From Octopus sinensis (lineage: Eukaryota): 32,395 nt of DNA. A program made the position numbers and the translations under genes. This document shows, one piece after another, positions 1-10,921 of the stretch (position 1 is its first letter; each line of letters starts with the position of its first letter). The DNA lies in assembly GCF_006345805.1 (NCBI RefSeq), contig NW_021829591.1:1-32395 (forward strand), in the 5' to 3' direction. Below the pieces are notes generated by a model, which saw only the letters and a list, made by a program, of their open reading frames with translations, searched no databases and was not told the origin of the DNA.

Positions 1-668
1 AGAGGAATATCTTGAGGTGGAGACAAACTATTTGAATGATCACAAAACGTGTATTACAACATACTTTGGAAATTTATGCAATTTTTGATTTTTAACATTT
101 TTTAACTGTTTTTCGTTATTTTATATACCATGGTGATTTTTTTGTTTAACCAAATTTAAGTGCTTTTTGCCGATTTACTAACAAACTTTTTAAAAAAAAT
201 TAATTTTTTAAGCCTGTTTTCCTGTTTGATAATACGCATGTTTTCCTAAAATGAAAAGGCTGACTTCTTGTTGAATAAAACAGCTAAAAAAACTCTCAAA
301 TATCGCTTTTCTACAAAACTAGAATGAATGTTATTTTTTTCCCGCTACTATTATGCAATTATATTTGATCAAAGAAAATAAAATAAGAAAAAAACTATTT
401 TTAAGATTTGAAAGAATTAATATAAATCCCAGTCGGTTCTACCGATTACATACAGTATATAGAAAAAAAGTTTCCCGTAAAGAAATACCAAATTTTAGAT
501 ATTGGGTTTTTAATGACGTATCTTGAAATGGATATTTTAAAATGGTCTTAAAATCTTCCAAAAATTTTTTTATCATTTATTTGTAACGTTGACATATATA
601 ACTAGGAAGATATTTCAATTTAAATCCAAAAATATTTAAATAGGTAATCTTAATAATAAAAATGTATG

Positions 669-712
669 GTGTGTGTCTGTCTGTCTGTCTGTGTGTCTGT
701 CTGTCTGTCTGT
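669..712 (+). repeat. (GTCT/GTGT)n microsatellite near Helitron A 5' end
   Basis: gtgtgtctgtctgtctgtctgtgtgtctgtctg... directly visible; also at the 5' end of copies B and C. Confidence 0.95.
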
Positions 713-849
713 GCACACCCACATTCAAATTGTTACAAACCAGATCAATTGTCAAAACCTTCCCTTTGTAGTTATTCGATAATGAGGCACAATAAAAGGT
801 TGATATCCTCTAAGAAACATCCTGTCAAAAATTTTAATAAGAAAGAATA

Positions 850-2766
850 TCTCGATGATGAGGTCCCCAAAACCTTCAAGTCAATTTTCTGCGTTTTGTT
901 AAAATGAACAACAAGAAAGTCCTCGACTCACATGATGTGGTCCCCCAAAACCTTCAAGCCAAAAAATTAAAAAAAATTATTTTCTGCGTTTTTGTTAAAA
1001 TGAACAACAAGAAAGTCCTCGACTCACATGATGTGGTCCCCCAAAACCTTCAAGCCAAAAAATTAAAAAAAAATTATTTTCTGCGTTTTTGTTAAAATGA
1101 ACAACAAGAAAGTCCTCGACTCACATGATGTGGTCCCCCAAAACCTTCAAGCTAAAAAATTAAAAAAAATTATTTTCTGCGTTTTTGTTAAAATGACCAA
1201 CAAGAAAGTCCTCGACTCACATGATGTGGTCCCCCAAAACCTTCAAGCCAAAAAATTAAAAAAAAATTATTTTCTGCGTTTTTGTTAAATGAACAACAAG
1301 AAAGTCCTCGACTCACATGATGTGGCCCCAAACCTTCAAGCTAAAAAATTAAAAAAATATTTTCTGCGTTTTTGTTAAAATGACCAACAAGAAAGTCCTC
1401 GACTCACATGATGTGGTCCCCCAAAACCTTCAAGCCAAAAAATTAAAAAAAAATATTTTCTGCGTTTTTGTTAAAATGAACAACAAGAAAGTCCTCGACT
1501 CACATGATGTGGTCCCCCAAAACCTTCAAGCTAAAAAATTAAAAAAAATTATTTTCTGCGTTTTTGTTAAAATGACCAACAAGAAAGTCCTCGACTCACA
1601 TGATGTGGTCCCCCAAAACCTTCAAGCCAAAAAATTAAAAAAATTATTTTCTGCGTTTTTGTTAAATGAACAACAAGAAAGTCCTCGACTCACATGATGT
1701 GGTCCCCCAAAACCTTCAAGCTAAAAAATTAAAAAAATTATTTTCTGCGTTTTTGTTAAAATGACCAACAAGAAAGTCCTCGACTCACATGATGTGGTCC
1801 CCCAAAACCTTCAAGCCAAAAAATTAAAAAAAAATTATTTCTGCTTTTTGTTAAAATGAACAACAAGAAAGTCCTCGACTCACATGATGTGGTCCCCCAA
1901 AACCTTCAAGCTAAAAAATTAAAAAAATTATTTTCTGCGTTTTTGTTAAAATGAACAGCAAGAAAGTCCTCGACTCACATGATGTGGTCCCCCAAAACCT
2001 TCAAGGTAAAAAATTAAAAAAATTATTTTCTGCGTTTTTGTTAAAATGAACAACAAGAAAGTCCTCGACTCACATGATGTGGTCCCCCAAAACCTTCAAG
2101 GTAAAAAATTAAAAAAATTATTTTCTGCGTTTTTGTTAAAATGAACAACAAGAAAGTCCTCGACTCACATGATGTGGTCCTCCAAAACTTTCAAGCCAAA
2201 AAATTAAAAAAATTATTTTCTGCGTTTTTGTTAAAATAAACAACAAGAAAGTCCTCGACTCACATGATGTGGTCCCCCAAAACCTTCAAGCCAAAAAATT
2301 AAAAAAATTATTTTCTGCGTTTTTGTTAAAATGAACAACAAGAAAGTCCTCGACTCACATGATGTGGTCTCTCAAACCTTCAAGCCAAAAAATTAAAAAA
2401 AATTATTTTCTGCGTTTTTGTTAAAATGAACAACAAGAAAGTCCTCGACTCACATGATGTGGTCCCTCAAAACCTTCAAGCCAAAAAATTAAAAAAAAAT
2501 TATTTTCTGCGTTTTTGTTAAAATGAACACAAGAAAGTCCTCGACTCACATGATGTGGTCCCCCAAAACCTTCAAGCCAAAAAATTAAAAAAATTATTTT
2601 CTGCGTTTTTGTTAAATGAACAACAAGAAAGTCCTCGACTCACATGATGTGGTCCCCAAAACCTTCAAGCCAAAAAATTAAAAAAAAATATTTTCTGCGT
2701 TTTGTTAAAATGAACGACAAGAAAGTCCTCGACTCACATGATGAGGTCCTCCACAACCTCAAGCCT
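850..2766 (+). repeat. Tandem array, 95-97 bp monomer, about 20 units (Helitron A internal array)
   Basis: Unit atgaacaacaagaaagtcctcgactcacatgatgtggtcccccaaaaccttcaagccaaaaaattaaaaaaaattattttctgcgtttttgttaaa starts at 904, 1000, 1097, 1193 ... 2616, 2710 (last truncated). A degenerate leading unit precedes it. No unique spacers. Confidence 0.97.
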
Positions 2767-3484
2767 CGTGAGGCCATTAATTAGCTTAGCTATCTTTTTT
2801 CGATGACATAAATTCTTTTTTGTTAAATTTTCGTTAAAAAAATAAAATAAAAGCTCTAATTGTTATCGACCATGAATATACTGTGCAATTATCAGATTTT
2901 AAAAACCACTAAAAAGGAAAAAGCAAAAATTATTAGAGATTTACATAATTGATTCTTTTTAACTGCCGAAACTGACAAATTCGATTATGCTACTGTTTAG
3001 ATTTCTTAAAAGATAGAGGCAAATAAAATTTAAATTAGTCATGTAAATTTCAATTTGCCTATATTTAAATCTCCTTGATTTAACAGGCTTTAATTTTTTC
3101 CTTATAATACTACAAAGATGAAGCTGATTATCATTTTCTTTACCGAAACAGACAAGTTCGATTATGCTAAAGTTTCAATTCCTTTAAACATAGAGGCAAT
3201 TAAGTATAATGGCTTTGATTGGATAATACACTTTACATAAATTTCACTAAATAAATTTACGTAGAAAATTTAATAAAATTACTGATTCGCGTTTACAAAA
3301 TCATAAGAATGTCCTATAAAGAGAGATCTGAGAATGTTAACAAACAAGAGAATATGAACCATATAACAAAAAAAGAGAAACGAGGAAGATGTGCTTAAAT
3401 GGTGAGGGAACTTAGACAACAGCTGGACAAGGTCAGGACTGCTGTTAGACTCAACTACGGGTAATAGAATTATGCATTCTAGGT

Positions 3485-4284
3485 TAATTGTTTGGGATGA
3501 ATGTACGATGGCTCATAAAGGCGCATTCAAGCAGTTGACCGAACATATAGAGATATCAAGAATTGTAGCGACCATTTGTTTGGGGGAGCATTAGTTGTAT
3601 TGGCAGGTGATTTTAGACAGACGCTGCCAATTATTCAAAGAGGGACGCCTGCGGATGAATTGAATGCCTGCCTCAAATCGTCATATTTGTGGACACACGT
3701 GAAAAAGGTAAGCTTAGATGTAAATGTACATGCACATTTACAAGGCGTTAATAGCATATTCCCACAAATCCTTCTAGATATTGGAAATGGGGCAATCACT
3801 TCAGAAATGCACGACCAGAAAATTAGGCTACCGGAAGAATTATGTATTTTCGTAGAAACAGCAGAAGAATTATTGAATGCCGTCTATTCCGAACTATCTG
3901 AACACTACGTGAATTTCGACTGGCTGCGTGAACGAGCTATATTAGCTCCACTTAATGATGAGGTACTTAATATAAATTTAGATTTATTAATGAAAATCCC
4001 TGGCAGAGAAAGAATATATAAATCGGTCGACGTTATTATGGACCATGAAAGGGCCTGCGATAGATTTAAGAGACTACAATTTCCGCTGAAGATAAGTTTT
4101 GCTATGACAATAAACAAGGCCCAGGGACAGTCTTTAAAGGTAGTAGGCTTATTTTTAGAGAACGAGTGCTTTTCACATGGCCAGCTGTATGTGGGGTGCT
4201 CAAGGGTAGGTAGAAGAGAAATTATTTATATTTGCCAAGGATGGACGGACTGCAAACATCGTTTATCCACAGGCCTTAGAATAA
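3485..4284 (+). pseudogene. Helitron PIF1-family helicase remnant (Rep domain absent, internal deletion, frameshifts)
   Basis: LFWDECTMAHK, FGGALVVLAGDFRQTLP, ERAILAP, FKRLQFP, FAMTINKAQGQSL, FSHGQLYVGCSRV. The segment normally between YKSVD and FKRLQFP is missing. Confidence 0.9.
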
Positions 4285-4734
4285 GGTTATATCAAAGCAG
4301 GTCGCATTTATATATCTACATAAATTATAGTTATTTAAGGAAACTGCGAGCGTAGCGAGCAGGGCCTCCGCAGGAGCTAGCTCGCAGTGAGCGAAGCGAA
4401 CTGCTGAGCTAGTTAAAAATAAGATATTGGAAAATATTAAAAAATCACAAAAATATCAGAACAACATTCATTTCATTTTGTAACTTTTTAAAAGTATATT
4501 TGTTTTTTCAAGAGTTTCCATAATTAAATAGTTCTTAAAAATCTTTTACTTGTTTATTTTGGAATCTGAATTTCATTAACTTGTCTTTCTAAAAAGTATT
4601 TACATTGCAAACAGGTTGTTTTATTAAAAATAATATTTTTACATTTTAAAATCTTTTATTTTTGATAATTTATAATTCAATTTTTCAACCGGAGGATATC
4701 ATTGTTGTGCTGTGTTTGAAATTTATCAAAAAGA

Positions 4735-6883
4735 ATGAGTCCTGATGATTTGGTCGAATCAATTGAAAAACTCTACGAGGCGGAACTACTAGATGATGCT
4801 TATAGACTGGTAAATTGTTGAATTTTTAACTTTAGAGTGGTTTATGGCTTTCAATGTTTAATAACGACAAATCAGATATTTTAAGGGCCCGCGTCCATAA
4901 AATCCTTGCAGATTGCCTTTGTGCCAATAATGAGTTTAAATCAGCGATTGTTTACTTTTTAAATGACTTTTTTAGGAGAATTATAATAGAGTGTTGTACA
5001 TTCGAAAATTACTTAAATTAACAAATAAGCAAGCACTACAAGTTATTTTAATCGATTTATAATAATAAGATCAAAATAGACGATACTGAGATTTGTTTCA
5101 AGCTTTACAAATGCCACGTTGGGATGAAAAACTATGAGGATGCTCGGAAAATAGTATTCAAATATAATTACCTATTTAAAATGAACTTAAAATTTACTGC
5201 TAATAGTTAGAGACAGTTCCTTCTAAGTACCGCAATGTGAAAATAACCAATGCATTGGCCAGACTATATGAAAACCATGGACAAGATAGAACAGCCCAGA
5301 CGTATTACAAAGAGGTTATAAGGTTTAAAAATTATAAAAATAAATTCACAGGGAGTTTCCACTTGCATTAGACGCAATAGTCAAATTGTCGTCTTTGGGT
5401 GGGAAAACAGGCGATATGGCGGGAATTTTTCTTGAGAATTTTCCAACTCAGTCACGAATTGATTGGTAGTTCCTTTTTAATTATTTCAGGGTATCACTTT
5501 ATCTAAAAGCAGAAAATTTGAAGTATACGGGGTACTATATAAGTGCTGCTGAAATATTGAGAACTTTATCAATGGATGTATTAGATTTTTAAATTATTAT
5601 TTATTCAAAAGAGTCATAATACATATTTTATAAAAATAATTAGTTAACATGTTTATCCTATAGTCCTCATTGAAATTTAATATGGACATTATATTGTTAT
5701 TGGCCGAATGTGAATACTTTTCTGGGAATTACGATAATGCGATGAATGCATACTCATTGGCTCTTTCCAAGAATTATCATCAAGTAAGGAGAATGGAGAT
5801 TTACTCCTCTCTTTTATACTTTTCTTTAAACAAACAAGAACTTTCAAAGTTTGCCATTTGTATTTACGTATTTAGATTTATATCTAGACTTAACGAATCA
5901 TCCCCAAATAGTAAGGAATTGGCCATTGCCCATGGATTTTATGCTCTTTTCATAAAGAAACTGTCCCGGGCTTTTATATTTGCTAACAAAGTCTGAATGT
6001 ACTTTTAAATACGTAGGAAAGGCTCTGGAAGAAGATCAGTGGAATAGTGAAGCACGATTGTTGAAAGGAATTTCGTTCTACAATTCTAGAAGACGCAAGT
6101 TAGCTACAGCCGAGTTTTCGCGGCTATATCAGATTTTTCCGTGCCGTTATGAGATTGTGAAGGGTTAGATTGTTAATAATAACATTTATTTAGGGGTCCT
6201 GGACTGTCATAATGCAAACGGGGATAATAAAAGTGCTTTAATGCTGGCTCAAAACGTCAAAAAGAACATAATCTCCAATCCAAAGTTTGCTATTGTACGA
6301 AAAATTATGTTTCATAATATTTGTAGCTCTACGCTAATACAATCACAAACAACAACAGAGATCTCCCTTCAATTGAAAAGGTAATTAGTTTTTTATTCTC
6401 ACTATTTGTTCTGTCTATAAAATCGGAATAAATGTTATATAAATCGTTATCCAGGCATGCTCATTCCTCGAGGGCGTTCTGAAGAATCATTCGGATTGTT
6501 TTGAAGTGCTTTACTGTTTGGTGGATTTGTTTGTGAAGTGTGGCCATTTCAGGCGTGCAAGTGAAGTTTTAAAGGACACGCTGAGAGTTTATAGCAATAC
6601 AAAATTGCATTGTAAATATGGATGTGTACTGCTAAAAATGAAAAATTCTAGAGATGCGATGGAACATTTTAACAAGGCATTGCTGTACCATTTAAATGAT
6701 AAATGATGGCTCAGTTTAGACCCGTCTAACGTGGAGGCTAGGAAAGCTGTCCTCTCTGTTGATGTTGGTTGTTTTTCTGACGTTTCTACTCAGTTTGATA
6801 TGGATATGGAACTACAAGATTTGGTTTTTGTATTTTTTAATTCGTAGGCGCATGATAGTGACATTGAAAACGAGTTTCCTTAA
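4735..6883 (+). CDS. ANAPC7: Anaphase-promoting complex subunit 7 (TPR protein), about 542 aa, 14 introns of 24-86 nt
   Basis: The manual spliced model closes in frame (2149 nt minus 520 nt introns = 1629 nt). LETVPSKYRNVKITNALARLYENHGQDRTAQTYYKEVIREFPLALDAIVKL matches the APC7 signature (human LDGIPSRQRTPKINMMLANLYKKAGQERPSVTSYKEVLRQCPLALDAILGL, from memory). All introns GT-AG. Confidence 0.9.
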
Positions 6884-6959
6884 CTTTGATTTTTTTGTTT
6901 TTTGTTATAGAAATTTTGTCTTAGATTAATTAATATAATAAATTTGTTTTCTAATTTTT

Positions 6960-7855
6960 ATGAGTAGTGATGGCTGCGATCATAGCACAGTTTTTGGTAC
7001 TTTGTGCGCCCTCTGTGGATGTGATGTTTGCAGGTTAACTTCAATAAGCAAAAACGAATTTTAGTGATCAAGATGATCACAGATTGCCAATATTACCACA
7101 AAATATTACTTTGAAAGTAACACCTGAGGTACAAATTTTTTATAACTTTAAATTTTCTTAGGTTTCGCACGAGTTTAGGAAATCTGACAGAGACCGTTTG
7201 ATTAAATCTAAAAAACTTATTTTGATTCTTGATTTGGATCATACATTAGTGCATTCAAGTACGAACCGATTTACACACCAATCGGTGCCTATTCTGGATG
7301 TTTGACTCAGTAATAACAATTCTAGGATATTCACGAGCTTAAAAACAAATATGGGGCAACAATATTTGTTAAAATAAGACCAAAAGTCGATGAGTTTTTA
7401 AAATCAGTTTCTTTGTTATATGAGCTGTACGTTTGTTCTTTGGGGGACCGCTCGTACGTTAAAAAAATATGTAATATTATCGATCCTTCCGGGGAATTAT
7501 TCCATGGACGAATTTTATCTAGAGATGAATTTTTGATGGAAACCAAAAAATCAATTTTCGAGTAATTTACATAATTCTCAATGATAGCAAGTTATTTTCC
7601 TGCGGGGTGGAGATGATATGTGTTGTTGATGATAGGGAGGATGTTTGGGAGTTTTCTTCCAATGTTATTAGAGTCAAGCCGTTTGTTTTTTTCAAGGAAG
7701 AAAATAGTCCTCCTTTTGATGAATCGGCTTGCGAAGAATCTTATTTAATCTCTCTTTCAAATTTTTTGAAAACTATTCATTTAAGATTTTTCGAAGATCC
7801 TGTTACCGGAGATATGCGTGCGATCATCCCGAGTGAATTTAATAGAGGCAAATAA
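6960..7855 (+). CDS. CTDP1: FCP1/CTDP1-like RNA polymerase II CTD phosphatase, 259 aa, 4 introns, no BRCT domain
   Basis: Exons 6960-7033, 7065-7128, 7162-7299, 7326-7561, 7588-7855 total 780 nt. N-terminal CDHSTVFGTLCALCGCD, catalytic LILDLDHTLVHS, KIRP, RILSRD and LFSCGVEMICVVDDREDVW are FCP1-type motifs. Confidence 0.85.
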
Positions 7856-8067
7856 TTATGTATATCACAATATTTTCTATTGATTAGATTTTTTAATACA
7901 TGCTGTTTCTTTATTTTGTTTTTAAATAATTATTTTATACTTTTTCGTAAATACTTTTAAAACACAAGACCTTATCTTACTGTTTACGACTAAAAATTGT
8001 TTGTTTTGTAATGTTTTTTCATGTATTAATAATTAAAAGTATTGCAAATTGCACAGGTATTAATAAT

Positions 8068-9608
8068 TGTTACAGTAAATAGAGATACCAGGAAATAGCG
8101 ATCCGAAGTAAAATAATTATAAAATTTTATATTGTCCAAATAGAGAAATCTATAAAGACAAATACTGTGCAGGACGATTTTTTCGTTAATTTGATAATTT
8201 TATAAATTAATAAATAGCTTACTACAAAATCTGCTTTAAAATCGTACAGGAATAATGAAAATATTTGCTTAAGAATAGATTCGTTTATTGTTTGAATTGT
8301 TAATTTTTTTAAATGTTTAAATGACGCTTTTTGTTAACAATTTAGTCAATTTCGCGTTTAAATCTTTATGGAGTGTATTTTAGTTTCGATTTCATTTTAT
8401 TTAAACAAAAATGAAAATATGGAAAAGTAATTCAAATTCTTTTTTTTTTGAAATAGCAAATAGTTGTCTATTTTCGATTGCAATCATAAAAGAACAAAAA
8501 TTTAAGATATAAAGAAGTTTATTCCGAAACAAAATTTTTATAGTTTTCCAACGATAGCTAGTCTATTAATATCGATCTCGTAAGGGGCCTCATGATTGAT
8601 CAACATATTCGTCGAACTAATTTGGACCCTGTCGTGCTGTAAATCCAACGACAGTATATTCAGTACAATCCAAATGTTCGTGGAATGGTCGACGGCGTGT
8701 TGTTGTATTCGTATCTGTGTCGGTGTGGATGACCACTTTCGTCCCCCAGAGAAAGTCAAGGATATCATTCCTCCAATTAGATCGTCTCCTCATGGATTCA
8801 GCAGCACTATTAGTATTCCTCCTCGCAATATCTCGTAAATCTTCGGCTGCTGCAGAAGCTACTACAAGTCGATCCATCTCGTTGTCGTTTGTTTCCACAT
8901 CAAGTCCATGTAGTTCTTGTTGAATTTGCTCGGTTCTTGGCTCTTCATTGTAGTCAAGTTGATTGATGGAATCAATATATTCAATGAGTGCCTGAGTATG
9001 ACCTCGAGCCATTTGTTCTCTAATCCGTGGGCCATACATCAAATGAACAGAGAGAAAAGCGCGTTGTAGAGTGTATCCTTGTATTATATGCGTATGTTAT
9101 ATTTCGAGGATATCAATCCAACGAAATCCATTCCCGTTGGTTAATAACGTCGAACTGAGCATCCATTTGAGTGTCTGATTAAGTCGTTCCACTTGACCCT
9201 GTATCCAGGGACATCGGGCCCTCCCCTGACATGGCGAATTCCAAATTCTTCGCACAACTGCGTCATCCGCGAGTTGCAGAATTCAAGTCCATTGTCGGTA
9301 TGTATTATGAATACTTCCCCCAAAGAAAGAACAACACTTCGTATCCTCGGTATCACATCAGCCGAGTTCTTTGATTTCAGTGCTGAAGTCCAACAGTATT
9401 TCGTAAACGAGTCCATTATCACCAGCAACCATTTTTCGCCACTATTTTGATCGCTGTAATATCTTAGGTCCACAAGATCGATAATCAGCCTTTCTCGTGA
9501 AAACTTGGCAATTATTGGAGTAATTTGTCTCCTGGTTGCGAGCGTACGACGAGCTATGCAAGTTGTACTACGGATCGCTATTTCCTGGAATCCCTATTTA
9601 CTGCGACA
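8068..9608 (-). mobile_element. Ginger-like (gypsy-integrase-type) DNA transposon, internally deleted
   Basis: About 43-bp TIRs (TGTTACAGTAAATAGAGATACCAGGAAATAGCGATCCGAAGTA vs TGTCGCAGTAAATAGGGATTCCAGGAAATAGCGATCCGTAGTA), TGT...ACA ends, 5-bp TSD ATAAT (8063-8067 / 9609-9613), rve-type integrase inside. Confidence 0.85.
8538..9570 (-). pseudogene. rve-type DDE integrase/transposase remnant (KRBA2/SCAND3-like), frameshifted
   Basis: ERLIIDLVDLRYY...IMDSFTKY...IHTDNGLEF...(frameshift)PWIQGQVERLNQTLK...YAYNTRIHSTT...MYG. The N-terminus is lost: coding sequence starts at the TIR within the zinc-binding region. Confidence 0.85.
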
Positions 9609-9746
9609 ATAATTTTATGTGTTTGAGCAAATACCTTTATAATTAGAAAATTTGAGTCAATAAAATCTTAATTTCATTAAATATTTTTTTTAATAGAGGA
9701 TTTTAATTGTCAAAATTAGTTAATAACTTTATAAATTAAATATTCT

Positions 9747-10224
9747 TTACTCAAGTATTTTCAGCATGCCTTTCCTTCCGAATTTCTGAATCATAGTTAA
9801 CGGAGTTTCAGAATATCGATTTTTAGTGTTCAGATCTGCTCCAATGGTTTTTAGATATAAAAGAGAGCTATCATTTCCATATTCAATCGCGTAGTGCACA
9901 GGTGTTTGCAGTTCGTTATTCCGAATATTAATGTCAGCATTATGCTGTAAAAGTATTCGAATAATGTCCAAATTCCCTTCGATATTAATTGTTTTTATAC
10001 CTAGTATTGCTGCCCAATGGAGTGGAGCTAAGCCACCACATTCAGTATCTTTAAAATTTGGATTATAGCTTTCGTTTTTCAAAAGATATTCTACTCTTGT
10101 CTTATTTTGAGAAAAAACTGCATGGTGCAGTTCAAATTGATAATTATTATCTATTTTTAAAAAAGAATTTTCTAAATTAAAATGATTCAATCCATGAACC
10201 TTTTCCTAGGTTATTTTTTTTCAT
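9747..10224 (-). CDS. Small ankyrin-repeat protein (about 140 aa), 2 introns (10172-10199, 9977-10000)
   Basis: ATG at 10224 splices in frame via a 28-nt GT-AG intron. Removing the 24-nt intron restores a canonical repeat PLHWAAILGNLDIIRILLQHNADIN; further repeat TPVHYAIEYG. Confidence 0.8.
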
Positions 10225-10921
10225 GTGTAACAATAATTAATTTGCTCTATTTTATGCGGTTTTTTTTATTTATTAACAATATCAATAATCAATAAATTTA
10301 AATAATTGGCAGAAATTGACGACATTAACAAAACAAACAATTGGTTAGAAGTGCCGATTCGCTTATTAATTTTAGAATAAGCGCATAAATCGGTTTCAAA
10401 CTCACAATCAACTGTATTAAATCAGTTGAATCAAGTGACTAAAGTACCATATTATAAAACGGGAGTATTTTATGATAATTAATTTTTGTTGAAAAAACTT
10501 ATGTAAGAGACTACTATTCTATAAATTTTATTTTAGACATGTTCGGTCAAAACTGTCAAAAAAATTATTCAATGATAAATTATCGACTTTGATGAGCTTA
10601 TGAAAATTTCATGTTCGGACAGTTGAGCGTCGACAGCTGAGTTAGTACAACTTGCCCAGATTAGCTCAACCAAATCTTAATATGCCAAAACTGGGTTTCT
10701 AGCGATTCTGTATCTGCTATTTGTTTATTTATATACAATTTTTTTTATTTGTTCGCTTAACTCTTAAAAAACATAATAATTATTCTACAAAAGAATTTCA
10801 TTTAATCACACTAAGTAAATTCATGGCTTACCCGTCTTTGGTCTTTAAATAAATAAAATAAAATAAGAAATAATTTTAACACGGCGTGATGTAGTAGGTT
10901 GATGTTACTACACGATCTTGT

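Larger units (their letters stand above)
648..4412 (+). mobile_element. Non-autonomous Helitron, copy A (microsatellite + 95-96 bp array + PIF1 remnant)
   Basis: 5' end TCTTAATAATAAAA follows target A(647); 3' end is a hairpin then CTAG(4409-4412) followed by target T; no TSD. The same termini bound copies at 13345-16750 and 23301-25976. Contains Helitron-type PIF1 motifs (WDECTM, GDFRQ, FAMTINKAQGQS, HGQLYV). Confidence 0.92.

Noticed and set aside
1-647. Possible exons at the left edge (e.g. EEYLEVETNYLNDHK... at 1-88)
   Set aside because: Short, no recognisable motif, and no consistent spliced model on either strand.
904-2766. Repeat-protein ORFs (MNNKKVLDSHDVVPQ...) in arrays A and B, and MNNYNVLDLHDEV... 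in array C
   Set aside because: Many units are 94, 95 or 97 bp and break frame, and the A and C monomers differ by a frameshifting indel, so no peptide is conserved.
3576-4355. Functional helicase gene
   Set aside because: No Rep domain or Walker A, a large internal deletion and frameshifts at both ends; it is a Helitron remnant.
5578-5663. Longer ANAPC7 introns (53, 74, 86 nt) as recursive or fused micro-introns
   Set aside because: No clean internal AG|GT ratchet site; the sizes may be coincidental.
8596-9450. Plus-strand ORFs 8596-8838, 8717-8923, 9193-9450
   Set aside because: Antisense shadows of the integrase remnant.
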